Origin: Candidatus Latescibacterota bacterium
GTDB lineage: Bacteria; Latescibacterota; UBA2968; UBA8231
DNA: 64,000 nt
Reading direction: 5' to 3'
Assembly (NCBI GenBank): GCA_965221775.1
Contig: CBDCSU010000004.1
Coordinates: 480,001 to 544,000 of the forward strand
The notes beneath the pieces are model-generated. The model saw only the letters and a list, made by a program, of their open reading frames with translations, did no database searches and was not told where the DNA came from. Positions 1 to 8,676 of the stretch are shown in pieces. Numbering within the stretch: position 1 is the stretch's first letter; every line of letters begins with the position of its first letter. Both the position numbers and the translations under genes were made by a program.

Positions 1-43
1 AGGCGCGGGCGTTCTTCAGCCTGTTTCGGCGTGTCCCGCCATC

Positions 44-72
44 TTGACCCTCGCCGCGCCCCCGAGTAGCCT
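44..72 (+). promoter_or_regulatory. putative sigma70 promoter (TTGACC-N17-TAGCCT)
   Basis: -35/-10-like hexamers with 17-nt spacer, 45 nt upstream of the ATG at 118. Confidence 0.5.
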
Positions 73-117
73 ACCGCCCTCCCGGCCGGACCTCCCTCAC
101 CCGACTCCAGGACTTCC

Positions 118-1539
118 ATGGCGCCGCGCAAGAAACCCCTCAACCTCGTCCTCTTCGGCGTCGACAGCCTGCGCGCCGACCACATGAGCTGTTACGGCTA
201 TCCGCGGCTGACGACCCCTCACATCGACCGCCTCGCCGGCGAGGGCGTCCTCTTCGAACGCAACTACTCGGCCCACATCCCCACCACCTCGGCCTACGCC
301 TCCATGCTCACCGGCCTCGACGCCTTCTCCACCACCGTCGTCGCCCTGCGCCACAAGGGCGGTCTTCCCGGCCACGTGGCCACCCTGCCCGAGATCCTCG
401 GCGACGCCGGGTACGAGACCAGCTGCGTCGGCTTCAGCGGCAATGCCAGCTCGCGGGGATTCGACACCTACCTCGACTACCCGGCCTGGGGCAGCTGGAG
501 CGAGGGCCGCAGTCCGAAGGCCGACCGCCTCAACGACGCGGCCCTTCCGGAGCTCGAGCGCCTGGCCGCCGGCGACAAGCCCTTCTTCCTGTTCCTGCGC
601 CACATGGACCCCCACGCGCCCTACCTGCCGCCGGCCCCCTTCGAGCGCATGTTCTACTCCGGCGACGAACTCGACCCGGCCAACCGCTCCATGGACCCGG
701 TCATGGCCTTCAAGCCCTTCTGCGACTTCTTCGCCGGCTGGATGCCGCCGGGGATCACCGACGCCGACTACGTCACCGCCCAGTACGACGGCGCCGTGGC
801 CTACATGGACGCCGCCATCCAGCGCCTCCTGACCCGCCTCGACGAGCTCGGCCTGCGCGACGACACCCTCGTCGTCCTCAACGGCGACCACGGCGAGACC
901 CTCTACGAACACGAGTGCTGGTTCGACCACCACGGCCTCTACGAGAACACCCTGCACGTCCCCCTGATCCTGCGCCTCCCCGGACGCCTGCCCGAGGGAC
1001 GCCGCGTCGGCGGCTACGCCCGGCACCAGGACCTGGTGCCGACGATCCTGCAGCTGCTGCGGGTGCGCGGCGTGAAGATCGACTTCGACGGCGCCTCCCT
1101 GCTGCCGCTGATCGACGGCCGGCGGCCGAGCAACGCCGCCGAGTTCTACATCACCGAGTGCACGTGGATGCGCAAGCACGGCTGGCGCACGCCGCAGTGG
1201 AAGCTGATCGTCGCCCTGGAGCCCGACTTCCACTTCAAGCCGGAGGTCGAGCTCTACAACCTCGTCGAGGACCCCCTGGAGTTGAGGAACCTGGCGGGCC
1301 GGGAGAAGGGTGTGGCGGCCGCCCTGCGGCAACGGCTCGAGGCGTGGGTCGAACGGCGCGAGGCCGAGACGGGGCGCGTCAACCCCATGTACACCAACCT
1401 CGACTGGCACGGCTCCAGGACCCACCAGGGGCCCTTCACCTCGTCGCAGCAGGCCTACGACACCCTGCACATAGGTTCCGTGGGCGCCGCCGACCGGCTG
1501 CAGGCCGGCGGCAGGAAGAAAGCCGCGAAGAGAGGCTAG
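118..1539 (+). CDS. sulfatase/alkaline-phosphatase superfamily hydrolase, non-canonical nucleophile motif
   Basis: DSLRADH, ASMLTG, DPHAPY, YDGAV, GDHGE and HVPLI motifs. Confidence 0.9.
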   Translation: MAPRKKPLNLVLFGVDSLRADHMSCYGYPRLTTPHIDRLAGEGVLFERNYSAHIPTTSAYASMLTGLDAFSTTVVALRHKGGLPGHVATLPEILGDAGYETSCVGFSGNASSRGFDTYLDYPAWGSWSEGRSPKADRLNDAALPELERLAAGDKPFFLFLRHMDPHAPYLPPAPFERMFYSGDELDPANRSMDPVMAFKPFCDFFAGWMPPGITDADYVTAQYDGAVAYMDAAIQRLLTRLDELGLRDDTLVVLNGDHGETLYEHECWFDHHGLYENTLHVPLILRLPGRLPEGRRVGGYARHQDLVPTILQLLRVRGVKIDFDGASLLPLIDGRRPSNAAEFYITECTWMRKHGWRTPQWKLIVALEPDFHFKPEVELYNLVEDPLELRNLAGREKGVAAALRQRLEAWVERREAETGRVNPMYTNLDWHGSRTHQGPFTSSQQAYDTLHIGSVGAADRLQAGGRKKAAKRG

Positions 1540-1555
1540 CCGGCGGCGCCGGAGG

Positions 1556-2719
1556 TCAACCCGGCCGGACCTCTTCGAAGCCCCAGTCGAGCCAGGGGGT
1601 CAGAGCCTCGATGTCCGAGGTCTCCACCGTCGAGCCGCCCCAGACGCGCAGACCGGGCGGTGCCTCGCGATAGGATCCGACGTCGCAGGCGGCCCCCTCC
1701 CTCTCCAGAATGCGCACCAGTTCCCGCGCCCGTGCGGCCTGTTCCGCGGCGGGCAGCGCCGCGAACTCCCCGTCGACGATCCGAAGGCAGATCGAGGTGC
1801 TCGAGCGGACCGCCGGGCGGGCGGCGAGGAAGTCGATCCAGTCCCGATCGGCGGCCCACGCCTCCAGGACCGTCAGGTTGGCCCGTGAGCGCCGTACCAG
1901 CTCGGGCAGGCCGCCGATCGATTCCGCCCAACGCAGCCCGTCGAGGGCGTCCTCCACGCAGAGCATGGAAGGCGTGTTGATCGTGCGCCCCTCGAAGAGC
2001 CCCTCGTCGAGAGCGCCGGCGGCGGTGATGCGGAACAGCTTCGGCAGCGGCCAGGTCGGGGTGTACGAGAGCAGGCGCTCCACCGCCCGCGGACCGAGGA
2101 CCAGCATGCCGTGGGCGGCCTCGCCTCCCATCGCCTTCTGCCACGACCAGGTGACCACGTCGAGCTTCTCCCAGGGCAGGTCCATGGCGAAGGCGGCCGA
2201 TGTGGCGTCGCAGATGGTGAGGCCGAGGCGGCCGGGGTCGATCCAGTCGGCGTCGGGGACCCGGACCCCCGAGGTCGTGCCGTTCCAGGTGAAGACCACG
2301 TCGCGGTCTCCGTCCACCTGGCGCAGGTCCGGCAGCTCGCCGTAGTCGGCGAGCAGGGGGCGCACGTCGGAGAGCGGCAGCTGCCGGGTCAGGTCCGTCA
2401 CCCATCCGAGGCCGAAGCTCTCCCAGGCCAGCACGTCGACCCCCCTCGGGCCGAGGAGGGACCACAGGGCCATCTCGACGGCTCCCGTGTCGGAGGCGGG
2501 AACGACGGCGATGCGGTGGTCCGCGGGCACGCCGAGAACGGTCCGGCTGCGCTCGATGACCTCCCGCAGCCGCCCCTCGCCGGCGGGGCTCCGGTGCGAG
2601 CGGCCGACCAGGGCGCCCGCCAGGGCCTCGAGGGACCACCCCGGACGCTTGGCGCAGGGGCCGGAGGAGAAGCACGGGTTGCCCGGCCTCCTCTCCGGCC
2701 TCGGCCGCTCAGTCGACAT
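1556..2719 (-). CDS. serC: phosphoserine aminotransferase (Methanosarcina/alphaproteobacterial type)
   Basis: [34 protein letters not shown] (PLP Lys), TINTPS. Confidence 0.92.
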   Translation of the reverse strand: MSTERPRPERRPGNPCFSSGPCAKRPGWSLEALAGALVGRSHRSPAGEGRLREVIERSRTVLGVPADHRIAVVPASDTGAVEMALWSLLGPRGVDVLAWESFGLGWVTDLTRQLPLSDVRPLLADYGELPDLRQVDGDRDVVFTWNGTTSGVRVPDADWIDPGRLGLTICDATSAAFAMDLPWEKLDVVTWSWQKAMGGEAAHGMLVLGPRAVERLLSYTPTWPLPKLFRITAAGALDEGLFEGRTINTPSMLCVEDALDGLRWAESIGGLPELVRRSRANLTVLEAWAADRDWIDFLAARPAVRSSTSICLRIVDGEFAALPAAEQAARARELVRILEREGAACDVGSYREAPPGLRVWGGSTVETSDIEALTPWLDWGFEEVRPG

Positions 2720-3056
2720 GGTCCCGCAGGTCGAAGACGCACTCCATGGAGGCCCACCACTCCCCTTCCCCCGCCTCCGGCACCCGCTCCTGGAAGGTGC
2801 GCATCAGCTCGTCCCACTCGGCCGCCCGGGGGTTCTGCTCCACGTAGCGGGCGAAGTCGCGGGCCGGGTCGAAGTCGTCGGTGGTCGTCATGTGCATGAA
2901 CATGCGCCGGCCGAGCAGGTAGATGAGCATCCCTTCGATGCCGACCTCCTTCAACCCCTGGAGCGGCTCCGGCCACGGGTGGCGGTGATACTCCTTGTAG
3001 CGCTCGATGATCTCCGGATCGTCCTTCAGGTTCAGGGTCAGGGCGTAGTGCTTCAT
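2709..3056 (-). CDS. L-rhamnose mutarotase-like protein (DUF718/RhaM family)
   Basis: 3' part of ORF 2709..4331; [40 protein letters not shown]; ATG overlaps the glcF stop. Confidence 0.85.
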   Translation of the reverse strand: MKHYALTLNLKDDPEIIERYKEYHRHPWPEPLQGLKEVGIEGMLIYLLGRRMFMHMTTTDDFDPARDFARYVEQNPRAAEWDELMRTFQERVPEAGEGEWWASMECVFDLRDHVD

Positions 3057-4390
3057 TCCTCTTCCTCCTCTGCGCGGTAAGCCGCCGCCAGCAGCGACAC
3101 GGGGTGCTCCACCCGGGCTGTCGCTCCCCGCCGGCGCAGGCCGGCCTCGATCTGCACGGCGCATCCCGGGTTGCCGGTGGCCACCACCTCGGCGCCGGTG
3201 GCGGCCAGGTGACCCAGCTTGCGCTCCAGGAGCGCCGCCGACATCTCCGGCTGGGTGATGTTGTAGATCCCGGCCGAGCCGCAGCACCAGTCGGCCTCGG
3301 CCAGCTCCGCCAGCTCCAGGCCCGGTATGGCGGCCAGGATCTCCCGGGGCGCCTGGCTCACCCCCTGGCCGTGCTTCAGGTGGCAGGAGTCGTGGCAGGT
3401 GACGCGCAGGGGGCCGCCATCGGCCCCGCTCAGGCCCGCCCGGGGCGGCCTCGGACCGACCTCCAGCAGCAGCTCGTGCACGTCCCGCACCTTGCGGGAC
3501 CACTCCGCGGCGCGGCTCCGGTATACCGGGTCGTCCGCCAGCAGCCGCTCGTAGTGCTTCGCGTGGGAGCCGCAGCCGCCGGCGTTGACGGCCACGGCGT
3601 CGAGCCGGTCCAGGTCGAAGGCGGCCAGATTCGCCCGCGCCAGCTGCCGCGCCGCCTCGACCTCGCCGTTGTGGCCGTGAAGGGAGCCGCAGCACTGCTG
3701 CCCCGGCGGCAGCTCGACCTCGCAGCCGTTGGCCTGCAGGACCTCGATCGTGTCGGCGTTCACGTGGGCGAAGGCGAGGTCCTGCACGCAGCCGCTGACC
3801 AGGCCGACCCGCAGTGACGGCGCCCCCGGATTGCGGGCCTCGTAGCGCGCGGCGAACAGCTCGTGGGTGAACCGGTGGCTGACGCGCGGCGTCAGCGGCT
3901 CCAGGTCGCGCAGGCGTTTCGGCGCCAGCCGCAGCAGTCCCAGGCCGCGCACGGCCCGTTCCAGGCCGCAGCGCTGGTAGATACGCAGCAGGCGGCCGAA
4001 GGCGTGCAGCCGCCGCCGGGAGGTGAACAGCCACCGGAGGATGACGCCGCGCACGGCCGAACGCCCGGGAGACTCCAGGGCGCCGCTGCGCTCCACCTCG
4101 GCCCGCGCCGTCTCGATCAGCTGCGCATAGTCCACCCCGGCCGGACAGGCGGTCTGGCAGGCCAGGCAGCCGAGGCAGAAGTACATCTCGTCGGCGAAGG
4201 TCTCCCCCACCTCCAGGCGACCTTCGGCGACGGCCCGCATCATGGCGATCCGCCCCCGGGGCGAGGATCGCTCCCTCAGGGTGGCCTCGTACGTCGGGCA
4301 GGTGGGCAGGCACATGCCGCAGTGCATGCACTGCTGAAGGACGGAGAAGTCGAGGCCCCGAAGCAGGTTGGGATCGGGGGAGCGGTCCAC
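3053..4390 (-). CDS. glcF: GlcF-like Fe-S oxidoreductase subunit
   Basis: CMHCGMCLPTCP and CLGCLACQTACP ferredoxin motifs; CCG domains (QCCGS, HDSCH, WCCGSAG, NPGC); GTG start inferred. Confidence 0.88.
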   Translation of the reverse strand: MDRSPDPNLLRGLDFSVLQQCMHCGMCLPTCPTYEATLRERSSPRGRIAMMRAVAEGRLEVGETFADEMYFCLGCLACQTACPAGVDYAQLIETARAEVERSGALESPGRSAVRGVILRWLFTSRRRLHAFGRLLRIYQRCGLERAVRGLGLLRLAPKRLRDLEPLTPRVSHRFTHELFAARYEARNPGAPSLRVGLVSGCVQDLAFAHVNADTIEVLQANGCEVELPPGQQCCGSLHGHNGEVEAARQLARANLAAFDLDRLDAVAVNAGGCGSHAKHYERLLADDPVYRSRAAEWSRKVRDVHELLLEVGPRPPRAGLSGADGGPLRVTCHDSCHLKHGQGVSQAPREILAAIPGLELAELAEADWCCGSAGIYNITQPEMSAALLERKLGHLAATGAEVVATGNPGCAVQIEAGLRRRGATARVEHPVSLLAAAYRAEEEEE

Positions 4391-4392
4391 GG

Positions 4393-5781
4393 TCAGTCGA
4401 AGATCTTGCCGGGATTGAGGATGCCCGCCGGGTCGAAGGCGGCCTTCAGCCGCCGCATCGCCTCCAGGGGCACGGCGCCGACGGCGTCGGGCAGGAAGGG
4501 CTTCTTGGCGAGCCCGACGCCATGCTCGCCGGTGATCGTGCCGCCCATGGCCACGGCGGCCTGGAAGACCTCCCTCATCGCCGCCTCGACGCGCTCCATG
4601 GCCGCGGCGTCGCGCTCGTCGGCCAGGAAGGTGGGGTGGAGGTTGCCGTCGCCCATGTGCCCGAAGGTTCCGATCGTCACGTCGTGGTCCCCGGCGATGC
4701 GCTGGATCTCGCCCACCATCCGGGCCAGCTCGCTGCGGGGCACGGTGACGTCCTCGAGGATCACGGTCGGAGCCCGCCGCGCCAGGGCGCTGAAGGCCGT
4801 CCTCCGGGCGCCGGCGAGCTGCGCCGCCTCCGCCTCCGAGGCCGCCCGGCGGACGTCGCGGGCCCCGTGGCCGCGGGCGATCTCCTCGACCCGGGCGGCC
4901 TGCTCCTCCACCTCGCCCGGGTGGCCGTCGACCTCCATCAGGGTCACGGCCTCCACGTCGGTGGGCAGTCCGATGCGGGCGTACCCCTCGACGCACTCCA
5001 CCGTGGTCCGGTCGAGGAACTCCAGGGTGCAGGGGATGATGCGGGCCCGGATGACCGCCGAGATCGTCTCGGCGGCGTCGGTCATGCGGTCGAAGAGTCC
5101 CAGGAGGGTGGCCCGGGCCGCCGGCGCCGGGATCAGCTTCAGGGTGATCCGGGTGATGATCCCGAGGCTGCCCTCCGAGCCGATGAACAGGTCGCGCAGG
5201 GAGAAGCCGGCCACGTCCTTGACGCACCGGGTCCCGGTCTCCAGCACGGTGCCGTCGGCGAGGACGACCTGCAGGGCCATCACGTAGTCCCGGGTGACGC
5301 CGTACTTCAGCCCCCGGAGGCCGCCGGAGTTGTTGGCCACGTTGCCGCCGATGGTGGAGATCTTGATCGAGCCGGGATCGGGCGGGTAGAACAGGCCGGC
5401 TGCCGCCGCCTCGTCGGCCACCCGCTGGGTGAGCACTCCGGGTTCGACGACCATGGCCAGGTTGGCGGCGTCGACCTCGAGGATGCGGTCGAGCTTCACC
5501 AGGCACAGCACCAGGCTGCCCTCGGATGGCACGGAACCGCCGGCCAGCCCGGTGCCGGAGCCGCGGGTGACCACCGGCACGCCGTGGCGGCCGGCCAGGG
5601 CCGCGATCTGCGCCACCTGCTCCACGCGCTCGGGCAGGACGACGCACGCTGGCGGCTGACGCAGAGTGGCGGTGCCGTCGAAGGCGTACACGGCCAGCTC
5701 CTCCGGCTCGGTGAGCACCGCCCCCTGGCCGGCGGCCTGCCGCAGGGCGGCGAGAAAGGCGGGATCGTCCGCCGCGGTCAC
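4393..5781 (-). CDS. glcD: GlcD-like FAD-linked 2-hydroxyacid oxidase subunit
   Basis: RGSGTGLAGG, PPDPGS, TIGGN, GSEGSLG, GHMGDGNLH, ITGEHGVG, LNPGK. Confidence 0.9.
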   Translation of the reverse strand: MTAADDPAFLAALRQAAGQGAVLTEPEELAVYAFDGTATLRQPPACVVLPERVEQVAQIAALAGRHGVPVVTRGSGTGLAGGSVPSEGSLVLCLVKLDRILEVDAANLAMVVEPGVLTQRVADEAAAAGLFYPPDPGSIKISTIGGNVANNSGGLRGLKYGVTRDYVMALQVVLADGTVLETGTRCVKDVAGFSLRDLFIGSEGSLGIITRITLKLIPAPAARATLLGLFDRMTDAAETISAVIRARIIPCTLEFLDRTTVECVEGYARIGLPTDVEAVTLMEVDGHPGEVEEQAARVEEIARGHGARDVRRAASEAEAAQLAGARRTAFSALARRAPTVILEDVTVPRSELARMVGEIQRIAGDHDVTIGTFGHMGDGNLHPTFLADERDAAAMERVEAAMREVFQAAVAMGGTITGEHGVGLAKKPFLPDAVGAVPLEAMRRLKAAFDPAGILNPGKIFD

Positions 5782-6458
5782 AGGTGCTCGCAGCGGTTCA
5801 GGTAGCGGACCGCGCAGAGATCGGGGCCGAGACAGAACCGGGTGATCCCCGTGTTCCGGTGATTGTAGGAGAGGCCCAGGCTGGGCAGCTGGTCGGTGAG
5901 GGCCTTCACCAGTCCGCTCATGAAGTCGCCGTGGGTGACGATGCCCAGGCGCTCGGGCGTCTCCCCGCTCTCGGCGCCCCTACGGGCCCGCTCTTTCAAC
6001 TCCCCGGCCACGGCGATGGCCCGGCCCCTGCCGGCGTGCTTGGTTTCCTGCCCGCCGGGCCACCAGCCCTGCTCCCCGACGCCGTCCGGCAGCCTCACAC
6101 CGGGAAAGCCGCTGCGGATCTCGTCGCGCGTCATCCCGTGCAGGTCGCCCTTCCCCTCCAGCCAGATGCCGCCCACCTCGTGGATGTCGATCCAGACCTC
6201 GGGGGCGGTGCCGAGGGCGGCGGCGATGGGCCGCGCCGTCTGCAGGGCCCGCCGCATGGGGCTGCAGTAGAGGCTGTCCAGGGCCGGCCGGCCGGCCCGC
6301 TCGGCGGCGTCGAGGTGACCGCCGCGGGCCAGGTGCGAGGCCACGCGCTCGGCCTGCTCCTCTCCGAGGCCGGTCAGGGGCGGGTCCGAGACCCGTTGGG
6401 AGCCGTCCTCCAGGGCGTTGTTGTACGACTCTCCATGCCGAATCAGGAACAGATCCAT
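5778..6458 (-). CDS. histidine phosphatase family protein
   Basis: LIRHGES, SPMRRALQTA, IVTHG; 3' part of ORF 5778..7958. Confidence 0.88.
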   Translation of the reverse strand: MDLFLIRHGESYNNALEDGSQRVSDPPLTGLGEEQAERVASHLARGGHLDAAERAGRPALDSLYCSPMRRALQTARPIAAALGTAPEVWIDIHEVGGIWLEGKGDLHGMTRDEIRSGFPGVRLPDGVGEQGWWPGGQETKHAGRGRAIAVAGELKERARRGAESGETPERLGIVTHGDFMSGLVKALTDQLPSLGLSYNHRNTGITRFCLGPDLCAVRYLNRCEHL

Positions 6459-6498
6459 AGCGGTCCTCACCAGTTGTGTGCAGGGTCGGCGGGGCCCG

Positions 6499-6528
6499 TT
6501 GCCTGACGGTCCGGGCCCGCAGTAGGTT
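6499..6528 (+). promoter_or_regulatory. putative sigma70 promoter (TTGCCT-N18-TAGGTT)
   Basis: in the divergent intergenic region upstream of pepA. Confidence 0.35.
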
Positions 6529-6557
6529 ACGCGCCTTTCACCACCCGAGGGGGGCGC

Positions 6558-8072
6558 ATGAACATAACCGTTCGCCAGGGCGAGATACAGAAGACGGAAA
6601 CAGAGGCTCTCGTCGTCAACCTGTTCCACGGGGCCAGGCCCGGCGGGGCCACGGCGGCCGTCGACGCCGAGCTCGGCGGCCTCATCGGCCGTGTCGTCGA
6701 CAGCGGCGACTTCACGGGAGAGAAGAACCGCACCCTCCTGCTCTATCCCGACGCCGGGGGCCTGCCGGCGCGGCGGGTGCTGCTGGTCGGCCTCGGCCGG
6801 CAGAATGAGTTCGACCTGGAGACGGCGCGCCAGGCCGCCGGCACCGCGGCGCGGCGGCTGCAGGAGCTGGGCGTTGAGAAGGCGGCCACCGTGCTCCACG
6901 GCGCCGGCGCCGGGGGCCTGGAGACCGAGGAGGCGGCCCAGGCGGTGGCCGAGGCCAGCATCCTCGCCTGCTACCGCTTCGACGAGCACAAGTCCAGGAA
7001 GGAAGGCAAGGTCCTGCGACAGCTGACCGTGGTCGAGTTCGACGGCGCCCGGCTGGCGGCGGTGCGGCGCGGCGTGCGCATGGGCCGGTCGATCGCCGAG
7101 GGCACCTGCCTGGCCCGGGACCTCGTCAACCATCCGGGCAACACGGCGACGCCCGCCTTCCTGGCCGGCCGGGCGCGCGCCCTGGCGCGGCGGCACGAGG
7201 GCCTGCGCTGCCGGGTCCTCGACGAGGCGGCCATGCGCAGGGAGGGGATGGGCGCCATCCTCGGGGTCTCGGCGGGCAGCGCCGAGCCGGCGAAGCTGAT
7301 CGTCCTCGAGCATGGACTGAGCCCCCGCCGGCGGGGGGCGCGGCGGAAGAAGCCCCTCGTCTTCGTCGGCAAGGGGGTCACCTTCGACTCCGGCGGCATC
7401 TCCATCAAGCCGGGCAGCGGCATGGGCGACATGAAGATGGACATGTCCGGCGCCGCCGCGGTGATCGGTGCCATGCAGGTGGTCGCCGAGGCGGGCCTCG
7501 CCCGGCCCGTGGTCGGCATCGTCCCGGCCACCGAGAACCTGCTCGACGGCAAGGCCTACAAGCCGGGGGACGTGCTCACGACGATGGCGGGCCAGACGAT
7601 CGAGATCGACAACACCGACGCCGAGGGCCGCCTGATCCTGGCCGACGCCCTGACCTACGCGCAGCGCTACGAGCCGGAGGGGATCGTCGATCTGGCCACC
7701 CTCACCGGCGCCTGCGTCATCGCCCTGGGGTCCCACGCCAGCGGCCTCATGGCCAACGACGACGGCCTGGCGGAACGGGTCGAGGCGGCGGCCGAGGCGA
7801 CGGCGGAGAAGGTCTGGCGACTGCCCCTGTGGCCGGAGTACCGGAGGCAGATCCGCAGCCAGGTGGCGGACATGAAGAACACGGGCGGCCGCGAGGGCGG
7901 CGCGATCACCGCCGCGGCCCTGCTGTCGGAGTTCGCCGGCGACACGCCCTGGGTCCACCTCGACATCGCCGGCACCGCCTGGACGGACAGGGCTAGGCCG
8001 TACGTTCCGAGAGGCGGGGTCGGCGTCGGCGTCCGCCTGCTGGTCGAGCTGGCCCGGCGGAGCCGCAAGTGA
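6558..8072 (+). CDS. pepA: leucyl aminopeptidase (M17)
   Basis: VGKGVTFDSGG, MKMDMSG, NTDAEGRL, DLATLTGA, HLDIAG. Confidence 0.96.
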   Translation: MNITVRQGEIQKTETEALVVNLFHGARPGGATAAVDAELGGLIGRVVDSGDFTGEKNRTLLLYPDAGGLPARRVLLVGLGRQNEFDLETARQAAGTAARRLQELGVEKAATVLHGAGAGGLETEEAAQAVAEASILACYRFDEHKSRKEGKVLRQLTVVEFDGARLAAVRRGVRMGRSIAEGTCLARDLVNHPGNTATPAFLAGRARALARRHEGLRCRVLDEAAMRREGMGAILGVSAGSAEPAKLIVLEHGLSPRRRGARRKKPLVFVGKGVTFDSGGISIKPGSGMGDMKMDMSGAAAVIGAMQVVAEAGLARPVVGIVPATENLLDGKAYKPGDVLTTMAGQTIEIDNTDAEGRLILADALTYAQRYEPEGIVDLATLTGACVIALGSHASGLMANDDGLAERVEAAAEATAEKVWRLPLWPEYRRQIRSQVADMKNTGGREGGAITAAALLSEFAGDTPWVHLDIAGTAWTDRARPYVPRGGVGVGVRLLVELARRSRK

Positions 8073-8127
8073 CGGCGCCCGGCTCCGGGGCCCGGGAGGT
8101 TCGCGGCTTCACGGAACGGCGCGGCCC

Positions 8128-8661
8128 ATGATCCTCTCCGACGCCAGTCTGCGGCAGCTGCTGGCCTCGGGGAAGCTGAGCATCGACCCCCTCGACGACG
8201 ACCAGATCCAGCCCGCCTCCGTCGACCTGCGGCTCTCCGACCACTTCCTCAAGGTGGACGAGAACCGCCTGGAGGCGATCCGCCTGGACCGGGAGGTCCC
8301 CTACGAGGAGTTGACCCAGCAGCAGATCGTCATCCCCCCGAACTCCTTCCTCCTCGCCACCACCCGCGAGCGCATCCGCCTGCCCGACGACGTGACCGCC
8401 TTCGTCGAGGGCCGCAGCTCCATCGGCCGCATCGGGCTGTTCATCCAGAACGCGGGCTGGGTCGACCCCGGCTTCCAGGGGAACCTGACCCTCGAGCTGT
8501 TCAACGCCAACCGCCTGCCCATCCGCCTGCAGGAGGGCCGCCGGATCTGCCAGCTCGTCTTCGCCCGCATGGACCGCGCCGCCACGCGGCCCTACGACGG
8601 CAAGTACCAGCACCAGGCACGGGCCACGGGCAGCCGGATCCGCCTCGATCCGGACCGCTGA
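8128..8661 (+). CDS. dcd: dCTP deaminase
   Basis: MILSD, QIQPASVDLRL, EGRSSIGR, DPGFQG.LTLE, ICQL, YDGKYQ. Confidence 0.94.
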   Translation: MILSDASLRQLLASGKLSIDPLDDDQIQPASVDLRLSDHFLKVDENRLEAIRLDREVPYEELTQQQIVIPPNSFLLATTRERIRLPDDVTAFVEGRSSIGRIGLFIQNAGWVDPGFQGNLTLELFNANRLPIRLQEGRRICQLVFARMDRAATRPYDGKYQHQARATGSRIRLDPDR

Positions 8662-8676
8662 CGCCGACGGCAAGGC

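Noticed and set aside
3053-5647. Apparent long N-terminal extensions on glcF, dnaB, coaBC, Omp85, GldG, batC, batE, rlmD and the ClpX-like gene
   Set aside because: Extensions overlap neighbouring genes in other frames; starts were reassigned to downstream codons
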